A program made the translations under genes and the position numbers. Under the pieces are notes generated by a model. That model saw only the letters and a list, made by a program, of their open reading frames with translations. It was not told the DNA's origin and made no database searches. A stretch of DNA of 41,002 nt from an uncultured Chloroflexota bacterium (GTDB lineage Bacteria > Chloroflexota > UBA11872 > VXNJ01), in the NCBI GenBank assembly GCA_964631365.1, contig CAZVZW010000003.1:1-41002 (forward strand), written 5' to 3'. Position 1 is the stretch's first letter; every line of letters starts with the position of its first letter. Positions 15,043 to 24,240 of the stretch are shown here, one piece after another.

Positions 15043-17138
15043 GCATGAAAACGGACTCCGCGGCGGTGGACCCGGTGACGCTGACGGTGGTGCACAACCG
15101 GCTGGTGGGAATCTGCCGGGAGATGGGCACGACGATGATCCGCACGGCCTATTCGCCGATCTTCAGCGAGAGTCGCGATTTCTCGTGCGTACTCTTCAAC
15201 GCCGACGGGGACATGCTGGCGCAGACCGAGTTCTGCCCGGCGCAGGTGGGGGCGATCCGGTTCGTGGTGAAGTGGCTGATCGCCGAGATCGGGGCGGAGA
15301 ACCTGAAGCCCGGCGACGTAGTGGTGCACAACGATCCGTATCGCGGCGGGGTGCACATGCCGGAACACGTGGTGATCAAGCCGGTCTACTACGACGACGA
15401 ACTTTTCGGCTATGTGGCCAACATCGCGCACCTGGTGGAGATTGGCGGGCAGGCGGTGGGAGGGTTCGCGGCGACGGCGACGGAGATCTACCAGGAAGGG
15501 CTGCGGGTGCCGCCGGTGTGGCTGATCCGCGAGGGTGAGTACAACCACGACGTATGGAAGATGATCATGGCCAATCACCGCGCGCCGCGAATCTCGTGGG
15601 GCGATCTGCACGCGATGGTGGCGTCGTTGACGGTGGCCGAGCGCCGCGTGCACGAACTCCTCGATGCCTATGGCGTGGAGCAAATCAAGACGATCAGCCA
15701 GCAACTGCTGGACCACGCGGAGCGCTGGATGCGCGAGGAGATTCTCGCGATCCCGGATGGCGTGTACCACTTCGAAGACTGCATGGAGGACGCCCGCGAG
15801 GAACCGGAGCGGGATTGGATTCGGCTGAAACTGGTGATCGAGGACGGGGACATCCTGGCGGACTTCAGCGCTAGTGACCCGCAGGCGGAGCATGTGCTGA
15901 ACGCCACGTATGGTGTCACGGCGTCGGGGGTCTACAACGCGGTGTTCCACCTGGCGGACAACGAGATCCCGCACAATGACGGCGCCTACCGGCCGATCAC
16001 GGTGATCGCAAAGCCGGGGATGATTACGAACGTGGTCCACCCGGGGGCCTGCGTGGGCGGGAACACGGAAACGCATCCGCGAATCTGGGGGATCACAATG
16101 GGGGCGCTGGCGCAGGCGGCGCCGGAGCGGGTGTCGGCCGATACTGGTTCGACAGCCTGTAATTTCCTGTTCGGCGGGGTCAATCCAGACAGCGGGCTGT
16201 ATTACGTGCACTACCACTTCGACGGGGTGGGGTGGGGCGGGCGGCACGACGCCGACGGCAACAGCCACCAGGTGATCCCGAACGGCAACACCCAGACCAC
16301 GCCAGTGGAGATTTTCGAGACGCGCTATCCGTTCCTGGAGCGGCACTACCGGCTGCGCACCGACTCCGGCGGACCTGGTCGGCACCGGGGCGGGCTGGGA
16401 TCGGACCGGATCCTGGAGGTGCGGGCGCCGGAGATCACGATGTCGGCGCTGTTCGATCGGATGGTGATGAAGCCCTGGGGCATTTTTGGCGGCGAGGGCG
16501 GTGACAACTCGGAATTGCTGATCAGGCTGGCCGGGAGCGATGAATTCGTTACGTTCCGGGAGGCCTACGGCACGCCGAGTAACTCGCGGGTTTCGAATAT
16601 CAAGCTGAAGCGCGGGGACCGGGTGCTGCTGCGGTCGTCGGGGGGCGGGGGCTACGGCAAGCCGGAGGAACGGCCGGTTGAGGCGGTGCTGGCGGATGTG
16701 CGCGAGGACTTCGTGTCGATCGAGGGCGCGCGGGACGATTACGGGGTGGCGATCGTGGCGACCGGCAAGGATCTTGCGGTTGACCACGGAGCGACGGCCC
16801 GGCTGCGCTCGCGGCCGCTGGCGGGAAGGGCGATCACGCCCGACCGGCGCGGCGCGGTGGCGGACGGCGGAGCGGCGGACGGCGGAGCGGCGGGCGGGGG
16901 CCTGCTGGCGGCGCTGCGTGAAGAAGACGGTGAGCCGGCCGGGCACTGGGAAACGCTGGAAGGCGACTGGTGGGACCCGGGGATCATCAACTGCGAGATG
17001 TGTGGTCAGATGATCCCGCGCGATGTCTGGGTGGCGGATGACGGGCTGCGGGTCTGCTCGCACCAGTGCGACCGTTTGTATCGTTCTTACGGCGGCCCGC
17101 GCCTCGCGACGACGGAGCGGGCCGGGGGAGAGAGATGA
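15039..17138 (+). CDS. Hydantoinase B/oxoprolinase family protein (HyuB-like), copy 1, with a C-terminal Gly/Ala linker and Cys4 zinc-ribbon (TRASH-like) extension
   Basis: ORF 15039..17138 with ATGA overlap. Core motifs [35 protein letters not shown]. The tail CEMCG-x17-CSHQC lies at 16992-17069. Confidence 0.9.
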   Translation: MSMKTDSAAVDPVTLTVVHNRLVGICREMGTTMIRTAYSPIFSESRDFSCVLFNADGDMLAQTEFCPAQVGAIRFVVKWLIAEIGAENLKPGDVVVHNDPYRGGVHMPEHVVIKPVYYDDELFGYVANIAHLVEIGGQAVGGFAATATEIYQEGLRVPPVWLIREGEYNHDVWKMIMANHRAPRISWGDLHAMVASLTVAERRVHELLDAYGVEQIKTISQQLLDHAERWMREEILAIPDGVYHFEDCMEDAREEPERDWIRLKLVIEDGDILADFSASDPQAEHVLNATYGVTASGVYNAVFHLADNEIPHNDGAYRPITVIAKPGMITNVVHPGACVGGNTETHPRIWGITMGALAQAAPERVSADTGSTACNFLFGGVNPDSGLYYVHYHFDGVGWGGRHDADGNSHQVIPNGNTQTTPVEIFETRYPFLERHYRLRTDSGGPGRHRGGLGSDRILEVRAPEITMSALFDRMVMKPWGIFGGEGGDNSELLIRLAGSDEFVTFREAYGTPSNSRVSNIKLKRGDRVLLRSSGGGGYGKPEERPVEAVLADVREDFVSIEGARDDYGVAIVATGKDLAVDHGATARLRSRPLAGRAITPDRRGAVADGGAADGGAAGGGLLAALREEDGEPAGHWETLEGDWWDPGIINCEMCGQMIPRDVWVADDGLRVCSHQCDRLYRSYGGPRLATTERAGGER

Positions 17139-18139
17139 TGGCCGAGGCGCAACGGCTGCTGGCGGTCGATGGACTGGAGGTGCAGTTCAGCACCGACGAG
17201 GGAATCGTGCGGGCGGTGAACGACATCTCGTATGCGCTGGAAGCCGGGGGGGCGTTGGGGATCGTGGGCGAGTCGGGCTGCGGGAAGAGCGTGAGTTCGC
17301 TGGCGGTGATGGGGCTGGTGCCGCAGCCGGTGGGCAAGATCGTGGCCGGGAGCGTGGAGTTCAAGGGCCAGGACCTGCTGGAGTTGAACCCGGGCGAGAT
17401 GCGGGAGATTCGGGGCGGCGACATCTCGATGATCTTCCAGGATCCGATGAGCTCGCTGAACCCGGTGCTGACGGTGGGCCATCAAATCCAGGAGTCGCTG
17501 CGGCTGCACCTTGGGATGGACAAGAAGGCCTCGGCGGCGCGGGCGGTGGAACTGTTGGACATGGTGGGGATCCCGTCGCCGGAAGACCGGGTGAAGGACT
17601 ACCCGCACCAGCTTTCCGGCGGGATGCAGCAACGGGTGATGATCGCGATGGCGATCTCGTGTCAGCCGAAGTTGCTGTTCGCGGACGAGCCTTCGACGGC
17701 GCTGGACGTGACGATCGAGGCCCAGGTGATCGAGTTGCTGGGGCGGCTGCGCAAAGAACTGGGGATGGCGGTGGTGCTGATCACCCACGACCTGGCGGTG
17801 GTGGCGGGGTTCTGCGAGGAGGTGGTGGTGATGTATGCGGGGTACATCGTGGAGCAGACGTCGGTCGGTGAGATCTTTCACAACCCGCGGCACCCGTACA
17901 CGATCGGGCTGCTGGGCTCGATGCCGGGGACGGATACGGAAACCGGTCGGGGAAACCGGCTGAACGCGATTCAGGGGGCGCCGCCGGACCTGACGGCGCT
18001 GCCGGACGGGTGCCCGTTCGCGCCGCGTTGCGCGTTCGTGCAGGATCGCTGCCGGACCGAATTGCCAGAGCTTGAGGAATCGCCGCCCGGTCACGCGATT
18101 CGTTGCTTCGTTGACGTGGAGACGGGAGAGGCGCGATGA
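17135..18139 (+). CDS. ABC transporter ATP-binding protein (DppD/OppD-like)
   Basis: The real start is ATG 17135 inside ORF 17066..18139, overlapping the HyuB stop (ATGA). Walker A GESGCGKS, signature LSGGMQQR, Walker [13 protein letters not shown]. Confidence 0.9.
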   Translation: MMAEAQRLLAVDGLEVQFSTDEGIVRAVNDISYALEAGGALGIVGESGCGKSVSSLAVMGLVPQPVGKIVAGSVEFKGQDLLELNPGEMREIRGGDISMIFQDPMSSLNPVLTVGHQIQESLRLHLGMDKKASAARAVELLDMVGIPSPEDRVKDYPHQLSGGMQQRVMIAMAISCQPKLLFADEPSTALDVTIEAQVIELLGRLRKELGMAVVLITHDLAVVAGFCEEVVVMYAGYIVEQTSVGEIFHNPRHPYTIGLLGSMPGTDTETGRGNRLNAIQGAPPDLTALPDGCPFAPRCAFVQDRCRTELPELEESPPGHAIRCFVDVETGEAR

Positions 18140-19185
18140 GCCGGGAGACGCCGACGAACGACGGGCAGCCGATCCTCGAGGTGAAGGGGCTGACCAAGCA
18201 CTTCCCGGTGGTTCGGGGGGCGATCTTCAGGCGTGAGGTCGGCAGCGTGAAGGCGGTGGACGGGATCAGCTTCAGCATCCAGCCGAACGAGACGCTGGGG
18301 CTGGTGGGGGAGTCGGGCTGCGGGAAGACGACCACCGGCAACACGGTGCTGCAACTGGAGAAGCCGACTTCCGGAGAGGTCATCTTCGAGGGCCGCAACC
18401 TGGTGGAACTGCCGATCGCGGAGCAGCGCCGGGCGCGCCGCCGGATGCAGATGATCTTCCAGGACCCGTTCGGGTCGCTGAATCCGCGGATGCCGGTGGG
18501 CAAGATTATCGAGGAGCCGCTGGGCGTGCATGGGATCGGTGACAGCCGTCAGGAACGCCGCGACCGGGTGGCCGAATTGCTAAGACTCGTGGGGTTGAGT
18601 CCGAACCATGCGGTTCGCTACCCCCACGAATTCTCCGGCGGCCAGCGCCAGCGCATTGCTCTCGCGCGGGCGCTGGCCGTTCAGCCCAGCTTCATCGTCT
18701 GCGACGAGCCGGTGTCGGCGCTGGACGTGTCGATCCAGGCGCAAATTATCAACCTGTTCCTGGACCTGCAGGAGCAGCTGGCGGTGGCCTACCTGTTCAT
18801 TTCCCACGATCTGAAGGTCGTGCGGCAAATCAGCGACCGGATCGCGGTGATGTACCTGGGCAAGATCGTGGAACTGGCGCCCAGCACGGAGCTGTATTCG
18901 CGGCCGCTGCACCCGTACTCGCGGGCGCTGCTGTCGGCGGTGCCGCTGCCCGATCCCGATCTTGAGGCGAACCGCGAGCGGATCATTCTGACCGGCGATG
19001 TGCCCAGCCCGGTGGACCCGCCGTCGGGCTGCCGGTTCCACCCGCGGTGCCCGTGGGCGGTGGAGCGCTGTGGGGTGGAGGACCCGCCGGAACGGGAAGT
19101 GTCCACCGGCCATTTCGTTGCCTGTCACCTGGCGGAGGAGATCGAGGTGGGAGGCGGGGCGCTGCCCGGAGCGAACGGTGCATGA
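18136..19185 (+). CDS. ABC transporter ATP-binding protein (DppF/OppF-like)
   Basis: ORF 18136..19185 with ATGA overlap. Walker A GESGCGKT, signature FSGGQRQR, Walker [13 protein letters not shown]. Confidence 0.9.
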   Translation: MSRETPTNDGQPILEVKGLTKHFPVVRGAIFRREVGSVKAVDGISFSIQPNETLGLVGESGCGKTTTGNTVLQLEKPTSGEVIFEGRNLVELPIAEQRRARRRMQMIFQDPFGSLNPRMPVGKIIEEPLGVHGIGDSRQERRDRVAELLRLVGLSPNHAVRYPHEFSGGQRQRIALARALAVQPSFIVCDEPVSALDVSIQAQIINLFLDLQEQLAVAYLFISHDLKVVRQISDRIAVMYLGKIVELAPSTELYSRPLHPYSRALLSAVPLPDPDLEANRERIILTGDVPSPVDPPSGCRFHPRCPWAVERCGVEDPPEREVSTGHFVACHLAEEIEVGGGALPGANGA

Positions 19186-19212
19186 GGGCGGGCCGCACCC
19201 GGGCAGGGTAGG

Positions 19213-20382
19213 GTGAAGATTAGGTCGGTGGAGGCGCACGTTGCCTCGGACGGGCTGCGCAATGCGACGTACGTGACGGTGACGACGGAGTCGGGGATGG
19301 TGGGGCTGGGGGAGGCGTACACGGCGGGGCCCGACCTGGCGGTGGCGGAGACGGTGCGCTACCTGGGAGATTGGCTGGTGGGGCAGGATGCTTCGCGGCG
19401 GGAGCGGCTGTGGGCGGAGTGTTACCGGGGCCTGCGCTTCCCGGCGGGGGCGGTGGGCTGGGCGGCGATAAGCGGGATCGACCTGGCACTGTGGGATCTG
19501 GCCGGGAAGGCGGCCGATCTGCCGGTGTACGAGCTGCTGGGCGGGGTCTACCGGGAGCGCATCTGGGTGTACCTGGACATCGTCACCGGCGAGCCGGAGT
19601 TCATGGCGGAGCAGGCGCGGGCCGGGCACGAGCAAGAGGGCTTCACGGCGTTCAAGGTGTTCCCCTACGCGACTGAGGACGACGTGTTGCCGTGGCGGAC
19701 GATCTGCGACCTGGTGGTGGCGCGGGTGGCGGCGGTGCGGGCGGCGGTGGGCGAGGAGGCGGATATCGGGGTGGACTTCCACTCCAAGCTCGAGGAGCCG
19801 GCGCGGGCGGCGGAACTGGCGCGGCGGCTGGAGCCGTTTCGCCCGATGTTTATCGAGGAACCCATCCGCCCGGGGAGCCACGCGGTGATGGCGGAGACGC
19901 GGCGGCGCTTCACGATCCCGCTGGCGACGGGCGAGAGCCTGTACGGCAAGCATGAGTTCCTGGACCTGATCGACGCCGGAGCGGTGGACCTGCTGCAGCC
20001 GGACCTGCTGCTGTGCGGCGGGCTGACGGAACTGCGCAAGATCGCGGCGGTGGCCGAGGCGCACATGATCTCGCTGATCCCGCACAACCCGTTTGGCCCG
20101 CTGACGACGGTGATGACGGCGCATTTCGCGGCGGCGACGCCCAACTTCACCCTGATGGAACTGCCGCAGGCCGGGCTGCCGGGGAGTCGCGAGGCGGATG
20201 CGCAGGCGCTGCGGCGGAGCTTTGTGGAGGTGGACACGACGGTCAGCGACGGCCACCTGGCGCTCCCGGAGGGACCGGGGTGGGGCGCGCGGGTGAATCT
20301 TGATGAGATCGCACGACATCCTTATCAGCCCTGGCGGCGGCCGGTCCCGGAAAAGGCCGACGGCGGCTTCGGCTTCTACTAG
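19213..20382 (+). CDS. Enolase-superfamily acid-sugar dehydratase, copy 2
   Basis: ORF 19213..20382 with GTG start. Motifs VDFHSK ... IEEP ... TGES ... QPD ... PHNP. Strongly G-ending codons (Ala GCG, Leu CTG). Confidence 0.85.
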   Translation: MKIRSVEAHVASDGLRNATYVTVTTESGMVGLGEAYTAGPDLAVAETVRYLGDWLVGQDASRRERLWAECYRGLRFPAGAVGWAAISGIDLALWDLAGKAADLPVYELLGGVYRERIWVYLDIVTGEPEFMAEQARAGHEQEGFTAFKVFPYATEDDVLPWRTICDLVVARVAAVRAAVGEEADIGVDFHSKLEEPARAAELARRLEPFRPMFIEEPIRPGSHAVMAETRRRFTIPLATGESLYGKHEFLDLIDAGAVDLLQPDLLLCGGLTELRKIAAVAEAHMISLIPHNPFGPLTTVMTAHFAAATPNFTLMELPQAGLPGSREADAQALRRSFVEVDTTVSDGHLALPEGPGWGARVNLDEIARHPYQPWRRPVPEKADGGFGFY

Positions 20383-20393
20383 GAGGCAGGATC

Positions 20394-21371
20394 ATGAGTT
20401 GGGAACCACGGTTTTCGGTCGGTCTCTACCATCACTTCGGGCCGCATTTTGTGGACCAGCCGTCGAACGACGAAATCGACGCGGCGTTCGTGAGCCTGGA
20501 CCGGGTGCCGGACGTGGCCGGGGTGGAGTTCTTCGCCAACACGACGGTGACGCCACGAAACGCGGCGCACATCCGCCGGCGGCTGGACGAGCGGGGGCTG
20601 GAATGCTCGATGCTGCATCACGGGGAGCCCTATGTGCGCGGGGTGATGACGGATGCGGCGCTGACGTCGCCGGCATTGCCGGACCGGCAGACGGCAGTCG
20701 ATATGTGTCTGCGGGCGGTGGAGGTGGCGCAGGCGCTGGACGCCATGGGCATCTATGTCTTCACGCCAATGGACGGGGCGGACTATCCGTTCCAGCAGGA
20801 TTTCGCGGCCGCGCGGCGTTACACCATCGATGCGTTGCACGAAATCTGTGAGGCTGCCGGCAACCTGAAGGTGGCGCTGGAGTTTCGGCCCTATGCACCG
20901 CGCGGCTGGGCGAACGTGGGCTCGGTGAGCAAGGCGCTGGAGCTGGTGCTGGCGGTGGACCGGCCGAACCTGGGTATCCAACTCGAGGTCAGCCACACGC
21001 TGATGAGCCTCGAAAATCTGGCGCAGTCGACCTGGGAGGCGGCCCACCGCGGCCTGCTTTATCACGTGCACCTGAACGACACCCAGCTGCCGCAGGACCT
21101 GTCGACGATCTTCGGCAGCCAGCATTTCTGGGAGTGCCTGGAGATGATGTACTGGCTGCAGGAGACGGAGTATCCGCACTACCTGGGGCTGGACGTGGTT
21201 TGGACCCGCGAGGACGGCGCCGGCAGCGGCAGGCAGTTCATCCGCAATACTCAGTACATGCTGCGGGTGCTGGACGCGATCGACCGGCCGGTGCTGGCGG
21301 AGGCGATGGCGCGGAACGACGTCCTTGCGACCCAGGACCTGCTGTGGACGGCACTGCGGGAGACCTCCTGA
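20394..21371 (+). CDS. Xylose-isomerase-type TIM-barrel sugar isomerase (short form)
   Basis: ORF 20394..21371 with SD AGGAGG. EFRPYAPRG, QLEVSHTLM and HVHLND resemble the EPKPNEPRG, E.GH and HIDLN motifs of class-I xylose isomerases, but the protein is only 325 aa. Confidence 0.7.
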   Translation: MSWEPRFSVGLYHHFGPHFVDQPSNDEIDAAFVSLDRVPDVAGVEFFANTTVTPRNAAHIRRRLDERGLECSMLHHGEPYVRGVMTDAALTSPALPDRQTAVDMCLRAVEVAQALDAMGIYVFTPMDGADYPFQQDFAAARRYTIDALHEICEAAGNLKVALEFRPYAPRGWANVGSVSKALELVLAVDRPNLGIQLEVSHTLMSLENLAQSTWEAAHRGLLYHVHLNDTQLPQDLSTIFGSQHFWECLEMMYWLQETEYPHYLGLDVVWTREDGAGSGRQFIRNTQYMLRVLDAIDRPVLAEAMARNDVLATQDLLWTALRETS

Positions 21372-21419
21372 GGTGCGGCTCTGCGTGACGGCGGGTCCGC
21401 GCGAGATGGTGGCGGTGCG

Positions 21420-22361
21420 ATGAAGCTGGGGATGTCGCAGGCGTGCTACCGGTGGGTGTTCTACCCGCAGATGCGCCGCGACCGCCCGGAACACAAGTCG
21501 CTGGGGCGGCCGTCGCCGTACCTGCAGACGGTGGCCGGGCCGGGAGTGGGGGAGAGCCCGCGGGATTGGCTGATCGAGCGGACCGCCGGGCACGGGTTCG
21601 AGTCGCTGTATATGAGCTCGGGGTACCTAGGGGACGATGAGGATGTGGCGGTGTTTCGCGACGGGATGGCGGCGCGCGGCCTGGAACTGATCGGCGGGTT
21701 GGGTCTGACGGTGGCGGCGGAGGCGGACGAGTGGGACGGGCAATTCGAGCGCTGCGTGAGCGATATTCGCACGATGGCGCGGGCCGGGGCCAGGTTCGTG
21801 GCGGCGGTGAATGACAAGCCGGACAGCCTGAACCACTTCACCCGCGATCCGTCGATCGATGAACAGATCGAGCGGGCGATCGCGAACTTCAAATCACTGC
21901 TGCCGGTGTGCGAAGAGGTGGGGCTGCGACTGGCGTTCGAGAATCACCTGGACTACCGGATTTCGGAAGTTGTGCAGGTCGTGGAGGGGGTCGATTCGCC
22001 CCGGCTGGGGATCAACTTCGATACCGGCAACCCGGTGGCGGTGATCGAGGACCCGCTGGTGGCGGCGCGGGCGGCGGCGCCGTATGCGATCAACGCCCAC
22101 CTGAAGGATTTCCGCATCCAACCGGCGACCAGCACCGGCGAGCCACGCATCTTCTGGACGCCGCTGGGGCGGGGCGACGCGCCGATCGCGGAGATGGTGG
22201 CGATCCTGGCGAAGGAGGCCCCCGACGCGACGACGCTGTCGGCGTGCGTGGAGGTGGCGCCGCCGCCGGAGCACGACCCGGCGGTGTGGGTGCAGGCGAG
22301 CGTGGACTGGCTGCGCGAAAACTGTGCGGAGCACTTCCCGGGCATCGACGGTGGGCCATGA
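21420..22361 (+). CDS. Xylose-isomerase-like TIM-barrel protein, paralogue A3
   Basis: ORF 21420..22361. Same N-terminal signature as the others (MKLGMSQACYRWVFYP). Motifs AFENH ... NFDTGN ... AHLKD ... CVE. Confidence 0.8.
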   Translation: MKLGMSQACYRWVFYPQMRRDRPEHKSLGRPSPYLQTVAGPGVGESPRDWLIERTAGHGFESLYMSSGYLGDDEDVAVFRDGMAARGLELIGGLGLTVAAEADEWDGQFERCVSDIRTMARAGARFVAAVNDKPDSLNHFTRDPSIDEQIERAIANFKSLLPVCEEVGLRLAFENHLDYRISEVVQVVEGVDSPRLGINFDTGNPVAVIEDPLVAARAAAPYAINAHLKDFRIQPATSTGEPRIFWTPLGRGDAPIAEMVAILAKEAPDATTLSACVEVAPPPEHDPAVWVQASVDWLRENCAEHFPGIDGGP

Positions 22362-23356
22362 GGTTGGGGCTCTCGCAGGCGACCTACCGCTGGGTCTGCT
22401 ACCCGTGGCTGCGTTTTGACGTGCCGGAATTCCGCTACTCGGAGCGGCGACTGCCATACTTCATGTCGGTCGATCCGCCCGAGACCGGGGGGGCGCCGGT
22501 GGACTGGCTGGTGGACCGGGTGCTCGAGCACGATCTGACCTCGCTGTACATGGAGGCGGGCTGGCTGGCGGAGGGGAAGGCGGCGGGGTTCAAGCAGCGG
22601 ATGGAAGCCGGCGGACTGGCGTTTATCGGGTCGTCTTCGGCCAACCTGGCCGCCACCGCCGAGGAATGGGGCGACACCACCTATCCGTTGCCGGACGCGG
22701 CGCGGGAGCGACTCAGCTACCGGCCGACCGTTGGCGATCACGGCTGGGCCGGCGGCAGCCAGTTTGCGGTGTTGGTGCGGGCGCTGGAACTGGCGGCGGA
22801 GGGCGGGGCGAAGATCATCAACGTGGTCCACGACTACCCGGAGCGCCACAACCATTTCACCCAGGACCCACCGGTCGAGCGGCAGATCGAGCGGATGATC
22901 CGCAACTTCCGCTCGCTGGTTCCGGTGGCCGAAAAGCTGGGAATCGTGATGGCGACCGAGTCGCACATGGATTACCGCTGCGCGGAACTGCTGGCGGTGA
23001 TGGAGGCGGTGGACTCGCCGTGGCTGCGGCACTGCTTTGACTTCGCGAACCCGATAACGGTCATCGAGGACCCGCTGGACGCGGTCAAGCTGGTCGCGCC
23101 CTACACGGTGGTGACGCACATCAAGGACATGCACGCGCGGCCGATGACGAGCCTGGGGGAGCCGCGGTTCTTTCACGCCCCGATCGGGTACGGCGATGTG
23201 CCGGTGGCGGCGATCCTGGAGGTGCTGCAGTCGGAAGCGCCGGACCCGGACAACCTGGAGCACTGCCTGGAGATCGTCCCGACCTCGGAATATGACCCGG
23301 AGGCGTGGTTGGCGGCCAGCCTGGAATGGCTGCGGACGGAATGCGCGAAGTTTTAG
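22358..23356 (+). CDS. Xylose-isomerase-like TIM-barrel protein, paralogue A4
   Basis: The real start is ATG 22358 inside ORF 21908..23356, with ATGA overlap to A3. N-terminus MRLGLSQATYRWVCYP. Motifs ATESH ... CFDFAN ... THIKD ... CLE. Confidence 0.8.
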   Translation: MRLGLSQATYRWVCYPWLRFDVPEFRYSERRLPYFMSVDPPETGGAPVDWLVDRVLEHDLTSLYMEAGWLAEGKAAGFKQRMEAGGLAFIGSSSANLAATAEEWGDTTYPLPDAARERLSYRPTVGDHGWAGGSQFAVLVRALELAAEGGAKIINVVHDYPERHNHFTQDPPVERQIERMIRNFRSLVPVAEKLGIVMATESHMDYRCAELLAVMEAVDSPWLRHCFDFANPITVIEDPLDAVKLVAPYTVVTHIKDMHARPMTSLGEPRFFHAPIGYGDVPVAAILEVLQSEAPDPDNLEHCLEIVPTSEYDPEAWLAASLEWLRTECAKF

Positions 23357-23390
23357 AGCTAGCCGGCCGCGGCCGGGATTGGAGAGCCGG

Positions 23391-24212
23391 ATGGGTACGG
23401 ATCGAACGCGGGCGGTGATCAGCCCCCGGGTGAACCCGGTGACGCGGGCGCTGAGGGCGGGGAAGGTGGTGCTGGGCTCGTGCAGCATCGCGTTCGGCAG
23501 CGTGCCGACGGCGCAAATCTTCGCGGCGGCCGGGTTCAGTTTCAACTACTTCGACCTGGAGCACAGCCAGACGAGTCTGGAGGATCTGGCGGCGATGTGC
23601 GCGGTGTCGAAACTGGCCGGCGCGGTGCCGATCGTAGGCCCGTCGAGTATCGGCGATCACCTGATCGGGCGGCCGCTGGATGCCGGGGCGATGGGGGTGA
23701 TCGTGCCGCATGTGTCGACGGCGGAGGAGACGAGACGAGTGGTGCAGTACTCGCGCTACGCGCCGGTAGGTATCCGCGGGCTGGTGTCACCGGGAATCCT
23801 GACCGAGTTTGAGTCGCCGGATGGCTCAGACTGGGTCGAGTCCCAGAACCGCGAGATCCTGGTGGCGGTGAAGGTGGAGAGCGGAACGGGGATTGACAAC
23901 ATTGAGGAAATCGCCGCGGTGCCGGGCCTGGACGCGATCCTGATCGGCACCGGGGACCTCTCGGCAACGCTGGGGATACCGGGGCAAACCGGGCACGCCG
24001 ACGTGGTCGATTGCATCGAGCGGATGCTGGCGACGGCCAACAAGAACGGCGTGGCCGGCGGGCCGCACGTAGGCAGCGCGGCGGACGCCGCGCACTGGGC
24101 GGACCGGGGTGCGCGGTTCATGAGCGTGAGCTTTGACGCGGCGATGTTGCTGGAGGTGGCGGCCGGGGCGGTCAGCGATGCCCGCGCGCGCCTCGGCGAC
24201 CGGATGCTGTGA
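23391..24212 (+). CDS. HpcH/HpaI family 2-keto-3-deoxy-acid aldolase
   Basis: ATG 23391 inside ORF 23196..24212, with SD GGAGAG. Motifs FDLEHS, VIVPHVSTAEE, VKVESGTGIDNIEEIAAVPGLDAILIGTGDLS. Confidence 0.8.
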   Translation: MGTDRTRAVISPRVNPVTRALRAGKVVLGSCSIAFGSVPTAQIFAAAGFSFNYFDLEHSQTSLEDLAAMCAVSKLAGAVPIVGPSSIGDHLIGRPLDAGAMGVIVPHVSTAEETRRVVQYSRYAPVGIRGLVSPGILTEFESPDGSDWVESQNREILVAVKVESGTGIDNIEEIAAVPGLDAILIGTGDLSATLGIPGQTGHADVVDCIERMLATANKNGVAGGPHVGSAADAAHWADRGARFMSVSFDAAMLLEVAAGAVSDARARLGDRML

Positions 24213-24240
24213 TGTCCCGCCGGGCGAAGCGACGCCTCCC

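Noticed and set aside
15018-17063. Very long antisense or off-frame ORFs in the track. Examples: 15018..17063 (-) 681 aa, 34331..36361 (-) 676 aa, 18580..20319 (-) 579 aa, 38854..40518 (-) 554 aa, 12496..13767 (-), 20379..21593 (-), 9821..10876 (-), 21953..23545 (-), 25831..27129 (-), 69..1496 (+), 4274..5281 (+), 5645..6874 (+).
   Set aside because: Their translations are Arg/Pro/His/Gly-rich low-complexity strings with no motifs. Each lies opposite or out of frame to a gene with clear family signatures. Stop-codon scarcity in high-GC DNA produces such shadow ORFs.
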